A stretch of 64,000 bases of DNA from Octopus sinensis (Eukaryota), in assembly GCF_006345805.1 (NCBI RefSeq), contig NC_042999.1, positions 132,990,001 to 133,054,000 on the forward strand. Direction: 5' to 3'. This document shows, in pieces, positions 1 to 11,053 of the stretch. The first letter of the stretch is position 1. Every line of letters starts with the position of its first letter. A program made the translations under genes and the position numbers. The notes beneath the pieces were generated by a model, which saw nothing but the letters and a program-made list of their open reading frames with translations, was not told the DNA's origin and did no database searches.

Positions 1-90
1 ATTTTAGACTCTTTTAGCACTATTTCAAATTTAATGAAGACTGGTTGAGCTTTGGTATGCTTCGATCACAATCAACATTTTTTTCTTTCC

Positions 91-300
91 GTCTCAGACA
101 TTAGAATGCGACCATGCTGGAGCACCAGCCTGGACAACTTTTAGCCGAATGAATCGACCACTTTACATATATTTTTAGAGACTGCTATTTAATCTAATCG
201 ACTGTTTTTGTCAAACCGCTAAGTTACGTAGGCGTAAACAAATCAACACTGGTTATCAAGCGATGGTGGGGGGCAAGCACAGGTACAAAGATACACACAC
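91..300 (-). mobile_element. SINE family C, 3' arm
   Basis: Reverse complement of the 3' arm of the complete copy at 59465-59905 (GGTGCTCCAGCATGGCCGCAGTCAAATGACTGAAAC motif), diverged. Confidence 0.75.
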
Positions 301-304
301 ATGC

Positions 305-320
305 ACATATATATATGTGT

Positions 321-410
<90 letters not shown>
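305..410. repeat. (TA)n microsatellite
   Basis: Direct reading. Confidence 0.98.
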
Positions 411-412
<2 letters not shown>

Positions 413-480
413 AAATCAGGGTGTATACTTGATACAGACCATTCATAATGTGATACAAGTCTTTGGTGTAGCAATTGCAT

Positions 481-572
481 GCGGCTGAAGAGGGCTTTAA
501 ACTATCTGTTATGTTGATTATACATTGATGTAAGAATAGGTTGTTTTATAAAGCTCGAAACATGTGTTCCGC
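481..572 (+). ncRNA. Candidate minimal type I hammerhead ribozyme (PLE/retrozyme type)
   Basis: Stem I GCGG(481-484)/CCGC(569-572); core CTGAAGA 485-491; stem II GGGCTTTA(492-499)/TAAAGCTC(549-556) with a G-C closing pair; GAAA 557-560; stem III AC-ATGT-GT; NUH = GTT(566-568). Confidence 0.7.
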
Positions 573-612
573 GACATCCTTTGTGTTCTGTTTTTTTTAT
601 TTCATTTGATAG

Positions 613-750
<138 letters not shown>

Positions 751-805
751 AGGTTCATAGATACATAGATAGATAAACACACACACACGTACGCACACAT
801 ACACA

Positions 806-965
806 TATACGACGGGATTTTTTCGGTTTTCGTCTATCAAATCCACCCACAAGACTTTGGTCGGTCCGACGCTATTGCAGAAGGTACTTGCCCAAGGTAC
901 CACACAGTGGAAGTGAACTAGGACTTATACGATTCGGAAGCAAGCTTCTTACCACACAGCCACAT
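806..965 (-). mobile_element. SINE family C, tRNA-like head plus CORE-like segment
   Basis: Reverse complement of TGGCTGTGTGGTAAG...GTTCAGTCCCAC...ACCTTGGGCAAGT as in 59465-59625. Confidence 0.8.
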
Positions 966-2229
966 CTGCGTTTCAGCTCTCCTTCACCAAAATACTTTTC
1001 GCTAGATGTTTTATTTGGATATGTAACGTCTATGCAATTTCAATGTCTCTTTTAAAGACACAGTAGTACATAAGCTATAATGAAACAATGAGCAAAATGT
1101 TGGAGATTGTCAACCGACAGTGTACGATTATTAATAATTTGAAGCATAAACAAATTCTAACTAAAGATGCCCTAACAAACTAGTAATTTTAATAAATTGA
1201 GACAGTAACCATTTGAGTCGCTAGAAAATGAAGAAAGTAACCACTGTGACTCTATAAGGTTTAGTTAATAGAAATGTGGAGGCCGTAGCCAGTTGAGATA
1301 GCAATCATTTGAAATATTATCTAATTGAGACAGCAAGCATTTTACAAAGTAGATGGTTGACAGAATAAACAACTCAGTCTTTAATATTTCGTGATAAAAT
1401 CTATTTGAAACACTAACAATTGGTGACACAAACCATTTGTGCCTATATCAATTTGAAACAAGTAATCCTTTGAAACATCAATAACTTGAAGAATTAATAC
1501 AAAGTGAACATGCAATATAACATCCAGGAATATGATAATGATGGTTCGGAAGTGGTGGGGATAAATTTATTTATCTTCTAGTCGGGAAAGCCATTTGAAA
1601 TGTTAGGGAATATACTAAAGGGTCACGATATGAAATTTCGGAGAGGAGTAGGTAGTGAGAGTTAAAAGGATAATTGAGATGAAATGAGAGAAATATTCGG
1701 TGACGAGAACGAAGAAGAGAAAATATTTTAAGAGTAGCTGAAGGAAGATGAAGAAAAGAAGAGAAAAAGAGAAAGATAGTGACATACTGAAGAACGAAAT
1801 GGAAAGAAATAGAATTGGCTATGAGAAAGAGAGAGGGGAAAGTTCAATACAGAGGAAGCGAACGAAGTGGAAAAGGAATGCATAAAACTGAGAAAGCGAA
1901 GTGCTCGTTATAGCTGTTGTTTAGCCCTGAGTCCATCTAGATCAAGCAGCTCTATGATCATTTTTGGCGATAGTGTATCTGACAAATCATTTAATATGTC
2001 AATTTTATAAAGGCTATTCTACATAATTTGAGAGAAAGCTGACTGCTATATCTAGCGTGTAGAGTTACTGCGTAGATGCTCCCTTACTGGCTCGTAGTAT
2101 AGGGGTAGGTGTAGCGGTATAAATAGGGTAATATTAGTGTGTAATGGGTAGGTTAGGTGGATGTATGGTAATTGAAGATGTATGAGTTGGGTAAGTGGAA
2201 ATAGAGAGGTAGAAAGACTGGACATAAGT

Positions 2230-2420
2230 CGGGCTGACATAAACGTGCAAATTCCCAAAGTGGCAAAAGCTCAAATGAACGACATCAATGTCGGCAGGAA
2301 TAACCGTAGCAGCCATTATTAACGCATCACCGAACAGCAGCTCGTGCATAAACGTATGTTTTTCTTCAAGGCACGAGTATCACTCTCGCTTTTACTGCAT
2401 CTTAAGTAGAAAGATTATTA
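2230..2420 (-). mobile_element. RTE-clade LINE RT fragment (degenerate)
   Basis: Minus-strand FMHELLFGDALIMAAT resembles the RTE RT motif IRELLFADD. Confidence 0.45.
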
Positions 2421-2899
2421 TGACCAAGCAGACTAAAAGGGCAGCATTTTGAGACGTTGACGTAAATGTTCATCAATTCGAAACGTTAATCATTATGGAA
2501 GTTTTCAGTTTCGCTCGTTGAAACACATCATTAAAAACTCCACTGAGTGACTTAGTCAGCCTTTAGTCACCAAGACATTACAATTAATAGCCCAACACTA
2601 CGCTGCATTCCCCCTCTGTGCTTATTCTACCATTAATATAAGAGTCCTTGCTTCTTTGAATTAACAAATCTAGTAAACATATAACATTAATTCATTTAAC
2701 TTCTATCATCCAGTATTTCGTCCTCAAGATCCTGATAATCAGAACGCTTCATCCAATCATTCTCCTCCAGATCTGCAATAACTTTCTCAAAATCCACATT
2801 TTGTTTATAGAAATCAACCTAAATATTACTCACCCTCATCAATTCTTGACCTAAACAGTCGAGGACGATCTATAAATTTTATATATATATATATGATGG

Positions 2900-3185
2900 C
2901 CTCTCTTGTCGAAGACGGTGTATGAACATTCAGCTACTGCCGAAGGACCTGCACAAATAATTTGTTTATAATGATCAAATTTTCTTGCCGCACTTTAGCT
3001 CACTCCCATCAAATCGACGTTGTCTGTAGAGGTGTACAGTGTACCACGTGTCAGGTATCGAAGTGATCGCAGAGCAACTTGGCATGAAGTGTTTTGCTCA
3101 AGAACACAACGCAGCACCCGGTCTAAGAATTGAAACTACGATCTCACGATCGCGAGTGCAACACCCTAACCACAAGGCCATGCGC
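2900..3185 (-). mobile_element. SINE family E (tRNA-like head)
   Basis: Reverse complement reads CATGGCCTTGTGGTTAGGGTGTTGCACTC...GTTTCAATTC...TGTGTTCTTGAGCAAAACAC; homologous to 32220-32420. Confidence 0.75.
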
Positions 3186-4267
3186 CCTCGCTTATTATAG
3201 CAGTGTGCGTATGCACATGCATATAAATATATATATGCATGCATTATGCATTCATATATACATACGTATAATATACGTGTAAGTATGTGTGTATGTATGT
3301 ATTATTGGATAACGCTTACCAAGCTAATTTCCCTTTGTTATCATGTTGATATATATGCCCGCGTGCATGTGTGTAGCCATAACAACACGTATGTATATCT
3401 ATAAATATGCTTAATACGCAAGCAATTATCAATATAGTGTTTTAGTAGTTATTTAAAATGTAAGTAGTAAAAACAAATCTGGAGTCCGTTGAAAGTAGGG
3501 ATTGTTTGCATCGACTGAAATCAAATAACAATTCTCAAAAAACTGGATAAGTTTACATAATGTAAAAAAATATGCGGATTATGAATTAGTCACTCTTGTC
3601 GTCTAAATCGATATAGAAGACTTATAATGAAAATCGACTTTTGGCGCCACTATCAAATAACTCTTTATGTATATAAGCACGAATACATTTTCCAGAGGGA
3701 CGTTTCTTAAGATAGCTCCGTGCAATTGGCAGAAGATTTGGCTGCTATTTCTGGCAAATATAGTGACCACATAGAAACTCTCTCGTGGCTTGTCTGAATA
3801 AATTGTTATTTTTGTTATTGTCTATCTATAGATCAGTCGTAATGAAGCAAAGCCGTGTTGAAACGCGTTCCACCACCATCTTAGCAGGACTTGGTTATCT
3901 AACGCATCGTTTTTTGTTTGTTTGTTTCTTTCTTTTACCTAAGATGGTAGGGTGTGTCTTAAGGTGTTTGGTTGCTGTGTGTAACTAGTGGGGCGACCAA
4001 ATAAAGCATGGGTTTTTAATAGGAGTTCTACGACACCCTGGGGCACCGTGAGCACTTTTACCATTCTCAGTGAAAAGAAAAGACGTATTTGATAAATAAA
4101 AATGAGAAGAAAATAGAAATCCTTAAGTCATAAATCTGCAATTTTAATGTTAAGTATTTAGGTTTATATGTATGCCTGAATCGGTCTATATATGTGTGTT
4201 TGTTTCTCTTTCTGTATGTCGATCCTTGGCGGTATGTATACATGTCTGCTTATGCGTACATTTGTCT

Positions 4268-4613
4268 ATGGTTAGGGCAGCGGACTCGCGGTTTCGATTC
4301 CCAGACCGGGCGTTGTGAGTGTTTATTGAGCGAAAACACCTAAATCTCCACGAGGCTCCGGCAGGGGATGGTGGTGATCCCTGCTGTACTCTTTCACCGC
4401 AACTTTCTCTCACTCTTTCTTCCTGCTTCTGTTGTACCTGTATTTCAAAGGGCCGGCCTTGTCACTCTCTGTGTCACGCTGAATATCCCCGAGAACTACG
4501 TTAAGGGTATACGTGTCTGTGGAGTGCTCAGCCACTTACACGTTAATTTCACGAGCAGGCTGTTCCGTTGATCGGATCAACCGGAACCCTCGTCGTCGTA
4601 ACCGACGGAGTGC
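4268..4613 (+). mobile_element. SINE family B (tRNA-Arg-like head, 5' truncated)
   Basis: GGTTAGGGCAGCGGACTCGCGG...GGTTTCGATTCCC B-box; head and body shared with 41481 and 46031; tail shared with 59905-60085. Confidence 0.85.
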
Positions 4614-5389
4614 TTCCTTTTCCTTTCCTTTCCTTTGTCTATGTGTCAGTTTGTGTATGTGTATATGCGTATATATGTGTGTATGTGAGTAATTTTAATG
4701 TAACTGTGTGTGTTTCTACAGAATGCGTGTATGTGTGCGTATATGCGTATATGTGTATATGTCTGTGTTTAGATTCAGAAAGGGAAGTGAATAACTAACT
4801 TTCTTTATCAATTAATTGCGTAAGGAGGATGGGGTGAATAACATAAACACGCAGCGTATCCGATACTTTGTTAATACTGACAATTTCCCTGCTTCAGCAT
4901 TTTTCATGACAAAGTCTTATGCGTGTGTATAGCATTTCAAATATGTTTGTATGTATGTAATTATATATATATGTGTGTGTGTGTGTGTTTGCGTGTATTT
5001 ATGTATGAATGCTTGCATACATGCGGTTATGCTTAATCTTCATATGTGTACATTTTTGTGGCATTTAGAGGACTGCAGGTTATCTTTTTTGGAAACCAGT
5101 AGCATACACAGAGACGAAAATGCCATTTCTTTTATATAAAGAAGGAAGCGGAATATTGAAATTAGCTTCCTTGGGAAACAATGCCTGCGGAATACAGTTG
5201 AAAAAATATTATAACTAATGTTTTGTGAGAGTATAAGTTGTAAGTCCTTTTGAATTGGATCCATTCGTTATAAAAAATAACTATACATCATTCTGACATG
5301 ACAGACTCTGAATGAATGAGGGTGATGATGCAGTGTGGACAGCCTATATTTGCGGAAACTCAAAAAATTCACGAAGATGAAACAGCATT

Positions 5390-5960
5390 TGAAATTTTAT
5401 GTATAAGTTGTTTTCACATGCTGAGAACAACTTTTATAGGCTCGTTTGTGAGTAGAAAATAAGCAATAAATCAATGATACCAAGCAAATTACAGTCCTAT
5501 TTCACAGGAACACAATCTCACTTGGCGGAAAAGCATGTTGATTACTTTAACGATTTTAAAGTTTGACACTCTTACTAGAAAAAAGAAACAAAAAAAAAAA
5601 AAAAAAAACAGCTAACGTTTCAGAAAGAGCTTTTGTATCTACTTTTATTGCTTAAAACTTATTATCAAACACGCGAAGGTGTACAACATTGCAGGAAAGT
5701 TGAAGGAACCCATTCGTAAAGAGATAGTCTGTGTTATGTTTAATAATTCAGTGAACAATGAAATCGGTGGTACAATAATGTTTATATATCCTCAAGTTGA
5801 TGAAATGTTATTTAATGAGCTTTTTTATATATTAAGTTTGTTGAGAAAGATGATACATTCAACCAATTTTTATTCCTCAAGGAAGTTAAACCAACTACCG
5901 CTGACAAAAAATATTTTTGAAACTGTAGATTCATACTTCACATCTTACTTAATATCTTGA
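5390..5960 (+). pseudogene. hAT (Charlie/Buster, ZBED5-like) transposase relic
   Basis: Broken frames give ISNKSMIPSKLQSYF...LAEKHVDYF, IKHAKVYNIAGKLKEPIRKEIV and NQFLFLKEVKPTT...TVDSYF, resembling Buster-family motifs (LSNESMKPSKLKRH; KPHTIAEELIKP; EEFLFCKPL.TTT). Confidence 0.6.
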
Positions 5961-5964
5961 AGTA

Positions 5965-6350
5965 AATGCAGCGAGCTGGCAGAAACGTTAGCACGCCGAG
6001 CGAAGAAATGCTTAGCAGTATTTCGTCTGCCGCTACGTTCTGAGTTCAAATTTCGCCGAGGTCGACTTTGCCTTTCATCCTTCCGGGGTCGATTAAATAC
6101 CAGTTACGCACTGTTGTCGATATAATCGACTTAATCCGTTTATCTGTCCTTGTTTGTCCCCTCTGTGTTTAGCCTATTGTGGGTAGTAAAGAAATAGGTA
6201 TTTCGCCTGTCTTTATATTTCCGAGGTCGACTTTGCCTTTCATTTTTTTGGGGTCGATAAATAAAGTACCAGTTGCGTACTGGGGTCGATATAATCGACT
6301 GGCCCCCTCCCCCAAAATTTCGAGCCTTGTACCTAGAGTAAGAAAAATCT
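5965..6350 (+). mobile_element. SINE family A, dimeric form
   Basis: A-box TGGCAGAAACG, B-box GAGTTCAAAT; core GAGGTCGACTTTGCCTTTCAT...GGGGTCGAT occurs twice; tail GACTGGCCCCCTCCCCCAAAATTTCG. Confidence 0.9.
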
Positions 6351-6649
6351 TTTCAAGTAAGTATCATGGAATTATCGTTTGTGTCCTAAGCGGGTTTCGA
6401 AACGATGAAGACAAACATGAACCGAGACGTATTAACAACTCACTGTTTCATTCATCACAAAGTATAGATGACCAAAGTCTTGAAAGCTGAATTGTAAACT
6501 GTTCCCAGCTGTGTAAAGATATTCACTTTCTGGGATTAGCTTTTGATTTTACCTTTGTCCATATAAAATATGTCAACAAGAACAGTTTGAGATTCACCGT
6601 TCAAGGCCTTTTGGTCATTGATATTTCATGTTGTATTATTGTCTTCCAG

Positions 6650-7010
6650 TTGTTTCAGTCATTAGATTGCGGCCATGCTGGGGCACAACCTTCAAGAATT
6701 CTTAATCGAGCGAATCGGCCCAAGTAATTTTCTTAAGCTTGGTACTTATTCTATTGGTCTCTTTTGCCGAACAGCTAAGTTATGGGGGTCGTAAACACAC
6801 CAACACCTGCTGTCAGGCGGAGATGACACACACACACACACGGGCACATACATCTGCGCTCATATCTGTATATACTCGACAGGCTTCGTTCAGTTTCCGT
6901 CTACCAAATACACACACAAGGTTTTGGTCGTACAAGACTATAGTAGAAGACATTTGCCCATGGTGCTACGTAGCGGGACTGAATCCGGAACCATGCTGTT
7001 GAGAAGCAAG
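6650..7010 (-). mobile_element. SINE family C, nearly complete, with internal (CA)n
   Basis: Both arms homologous to 59465-59905. Confidence 0.85.
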
Positions 7011-7281
7011 TTCTTTGTTGATTTTTTTCAAATCTTTCTTGCAACCTCGTCGAGGTAAATTGTGTTACATGCATTTCATCATCAAAAAGAAGTTATGTCA
7101 TCCTTTCTCATGAGTGTGAATCGAAGAAAATATGTAGACATATTCACTGATGACCCGCAAACCTGATTTACCTTGCTACTTGAGCGCAAAAAGAAAGTAA
7201 ACACATGCATACAATGATAGAAGGGATCGTGATAATTTCAAATTGACAACTACTCTTTAGGGGATAGAATAAGACGCTTAA

Positions 7282-7648
7282 GGCGGTGAGCTGGCAGAAA
7301 CGTTAGCACGCCGGAAGAAATGCTTAGCGGTATTTCGTCTGCCGCTACGTTCTGAGTTCAAATTCTGCCGAGGTCGACTTTGCCTTTCATCCTTTCGGGG
7401 TCGATTAAATAAGTACTAGTTACGCACTGGGGTCGATATAATCGACTTAATCTGTTTGTCTGTCCTTGTTTGTCCTCTCTGTGATTAGCCCCTTGTGGGT
7501 AGTAAAGAAATAGGTATTTCGTCTGCTGCTACGTTCTGAGTTCAAATTCCACCGATGTCACCTTTGCCTTTCACCCTCTCGGGGTCGATAAATTAAGTAC
7601 CAGTTACGTACTGGGGTCAATCTAATCGACTGGCCCCCTCCCCAAAAA
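7282..7648 (+). mobile_element. SINE family A, dimeric form
   Basis: GGCGGTGAGCTGGCAGAAACGTTAGC head; core repeated twice. Confidence 0.9.
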
Positions 7649-8870
7649 TGATGATGATGACGATGACGACGATGATGATTATACAGCTTAGGCTCAAGGC
7701 CAATTGACAAAAGCCTTCTATATGCGACAATCCCGTTTTATTTTCTGGCATACTGTAATGCTACATTAACCAGTGTCTAGAGTAAAAAGGGAGATAACTG
7801 AAGTTCTTCCCCTTATTGTTTGTTTTACTTTGGAAAAATCTCAGTAAACTGAAGTTATTTAACGCACTTTATGAGTGCTATGTGTTCGCTTCACAAAAAA
7901 GTTCGCTTCACAACCATGTAGTTTCAAGTTCAGTCGCATTGTATGTATCAACGTCATGTCTTTTACTGTTTTTATTTGTATTGTTTTTACTGTCCTGTTC
8001 TTGTTACCACTTTTACCCCACCGCAAAAAATCTCAAATTTTATTTAATTTGCTTTGCGAGAAGGACTGTTTCAACGAAGTCCTGTCTTGTCCTTACCTTC
8101 GTACGCTGAGCAGACGAAACAGGGACAACTGAAGAAGGGGAATATTCCTTGTGTTGTATGTCTCATACTCTGTTTTTCGTTGTTTGAAAAAAAGTTCGTT
8201 TCCATGTTTTTTTTAATGCTTTCGTTTCTCATTGTGTTCAACGTTTTTTTTTTGGTGTCCTGTACCCATATATGCATGTATATATACATATAGATGTAGG
8301 TATGTACATATATGTATGTATATATGCATATGTTTATGTATTATTTATGTTATTATATGATCGAATGCCACGCTTCTATTTCCAAGTAAGTTTTATCTGT
8401 ACATGTATCTCTACTTGTGAGTGTGTGTGCATGTATGTTTATAAATATATATATTTATATACGTGAGTGCATTATGTATATATGCGCGTGAGCTTTGCAT
8501 GTTCGCCGTTAGGCTGCGTCTTAGCGACGTGGGTGTGGCTCCTTGAAAGTGCCAGATGTTTCAACACCTGAAAGACATACACAAGAGAGACAACTCGCCC
8601 AACATTCCATTCATGAAATATCGATATTCATCGCTCCTGATTCGCCAGTCCATGTCTAGATACAAACTGTAAAACCCATTTGCCAGTATATCAAGAAGAT
8701 GGAAAGAAACAAAGCACATACATTGAGTAGATGTCATCAATAAAATATACAACACTACCACTGCTTCTTATTCATATTTGAATCTATTTTTATGTCTTAC
8801 ATCATTGTTAGAATACAAGCAAAATAGTCATAGAATTGTAATTCAGTTCGCCTTTAATTTGGTTTCTTAC

Positions 8871-8912
8871 GTAATGCTGATGAGCCAGAATCATGGTGAA
8901 ACGTCGATATTC
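8871..8912 (+). ncRNA. Degenerate hammerhead-like motif
   Basis: CTGATGA(8877-8883), GCCA/TGGT stem II, GAAAC(8898-8902); stems I and III imperfect. Confidence 0.3.
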
Positions 8913-9621
8913 TTTTCTCCTGAATGGGTTTTGGGGTGAGTTGTCTCACCTATTTAAGATCTTTTGGCGTTTTAACAGCCGGCACTTTGAGGGAGTTCAT
9001 CCATACTCACTGTGCTACATCGCAACCTACCCACGAACAGGCAAGTCACATACACAGAATATGTGAGGCTGATAATGTTTACAACAACAGCGCAGCTTCT
9101 AAGTCATATTTGAATATACATACGTATGTACGTACACACACGCGCGCGCGCACGCACACACATTCCAAGGGTTGAACAGAAAAAAACACGCAACAAAGAC
9201 AAAATCTAGACGAAAGCATAACAAACGGAAAATTAGACAAAAATACGATACACGCAAAAATCGCAGCTGACTTCCTCGTCAGTCAATGACCGCGACATCC
9301 TCGTGGTTTCACGCTTTTTAACGTTGAGACCATTCCATCTGTGAGTGGATGCGTCTGTGTGTGTATGCGTGTGTGTGTATTTGTGTTTGTGTGTGTATGT
9401 GTGTGTGTGGATGACAACAGTATTACTTTATGTCCCTCTAGTAGTACCGCACTAACAGGACGATGGAATAGGTAAGTGCTAGGCTTAAGATAGGTACAAT
9501 TCTTCCCTTGATCAGCTGCACTTCCTATGGTGTTACCCAAAACGTTGCTGCAATCCAGTGGCTGAAATCAGTAAAAGTATTCCAACATGCCAACAGATAT
9601 GTATGAGTGTGCATGTGTGTT

Positions 9622-9690
<69 letters not shown>

Positions 9691-9749
9691 TAGCTGAAGG
9701 TGACCCGCTCTACGCGCGGGTAAGAGTGTGGTTGTTACTTTCTGTTGCT

Positions 9750-10065
9750 TCCTTTCAGCACGTAAAAAGCACCATCCGAACGTGGCCGATTGCAGCGCCG
9801 CCTTGACTGGCTTCTGTGCCGGTGTCACGTAAAAAGCACCAACCGATCGTGGCCGCTGCCAGCCCCCCTGGCACCTTTGCCGGCGGCACGAAAAAAGCAC
9901 CCACTACGCTCACAGAGTGGTTGGCGTTAGGAAGGGCATCCACCTGTAGAAACACTGCCAGATCAGACTGGAGCCTGGTGCAGCCTCCTGGATTCCCAGA
10001 CCCCCGTCAAACTGTCCAACCCGTGCTAGCACGGAAAACGGACGTTAAACGATGATGATGATGAT
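9750..10065 (+). mobile_element. SINE/RTE-type 3' tail fragment inserted in the Helitron
   Basis: Repeated CACGTAAAAAGCACC units, GGTTGGCGTTAGGAAGGGCATCC motif, ending GGACGTTAAACGATGATGATG in a (GAT)n tail typical of RTE-mobilised elements. Confidence 0.65.
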
Positions 10066-10757
10066 GGTTCTCCCTCTGTGTTTCTCTCTCCTTTCTCTCT
10101 CACTTTCCCACTCTCTTACTTTTCTTTTCTTTCGGACTCTCATTCGCTTTCTCTTACTCTCTATCTTTATCTATCTCTCTCCCATTTATAAACAACAAAA
10201 GATCTTGAGTAAGTTGAGAAATAAAATATTTAGAAAGATCAATCATAAATATCAGGCAGTGGCAACGGAAAGGTGTGCTTCAATGCAGACAGCAAAACGC
10301 TAACATTTAAAAGGGACAGACGAACTTGCGAGCTGAATAAAAATAATAAAATATTGGAAACCAAAGTTTGAAGGGATAGAATTTGAGGATAGTAGAGTCA
10401 CCATGGCTGGCATTTCTTAACGACGGACAGCAACGTATTGACAGTTCAACGGCTGGCGTAAAATTTTGAACTTGATGTAAAAGAAAATCCCTAAAAACTA
10501 AATTTTGAATTGATTCTTTCTCACGACAGTAGACTCACGATGGCAAGCATTCAAAACTTCTTCATCATGGACGGCAACACATTGACGATTAAAAGGCTGG
10601 CGCAAATTTTTTAGCTTGATGTAACAGAGAATTGATAAACACCCGCTCCTTTAAATTTTAATCCCCTTCCAGCCCTATTTAGAACCCTTTTCACATCTTG
10701 GTTAATATAACCCGATTTCATTTGGGTCTACTGGGGCCACATTTTATAAGATGAGGA

Positions 10758-11053
10758 CTCAACCAAGTTTCCCGAGTTCTGGTCATAGACCATAGAACAC
10801 TCAACCAAGTTTCCCGAGCTCTGGTCATAGACCAGAGAACAGTCAAGCAAGTTTCCCGAGCTCTGGTCATAGACCATAGAACACTCAAGCAAGTTTCCCG
10901 AGTTCTGGTCATAAACCATAGAACAGTTAAGCAAGTTTCCCGAGTTCTGGTCATAGACCATAGAACAGTCAAGCAAGTTTCCCGAGTTCTGGTCATAGAC
11001 CATAGAACACTCAACCAAGTTTCCCGAGTTCTGGTCATAGACCATAGAACACT
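10758..11053. repeat. 42-bp minisatellite, 7 copies
   Basis: Unit CTCAACCAAGTTTCCCGAGTTCTGGTCATAGACCATAGAACA, head to tail, few substitutions. Confidence 0.97.

Noticed and set aside
8101-8150. GAAAC...CTGAAGA-AGG/CCT hammerhead-like motif
   Set aside because: Only 8 nt lie between GAAAC and the core, and no GAAA follows stem II, so it cannot form any HHR topology.
10758-11053. CRISPR-like array (hairpin-containing direct repeats)
   Set aside because: Units are contiguous with no unique spacers, there are no cas genes, and the context is eukaryotic.
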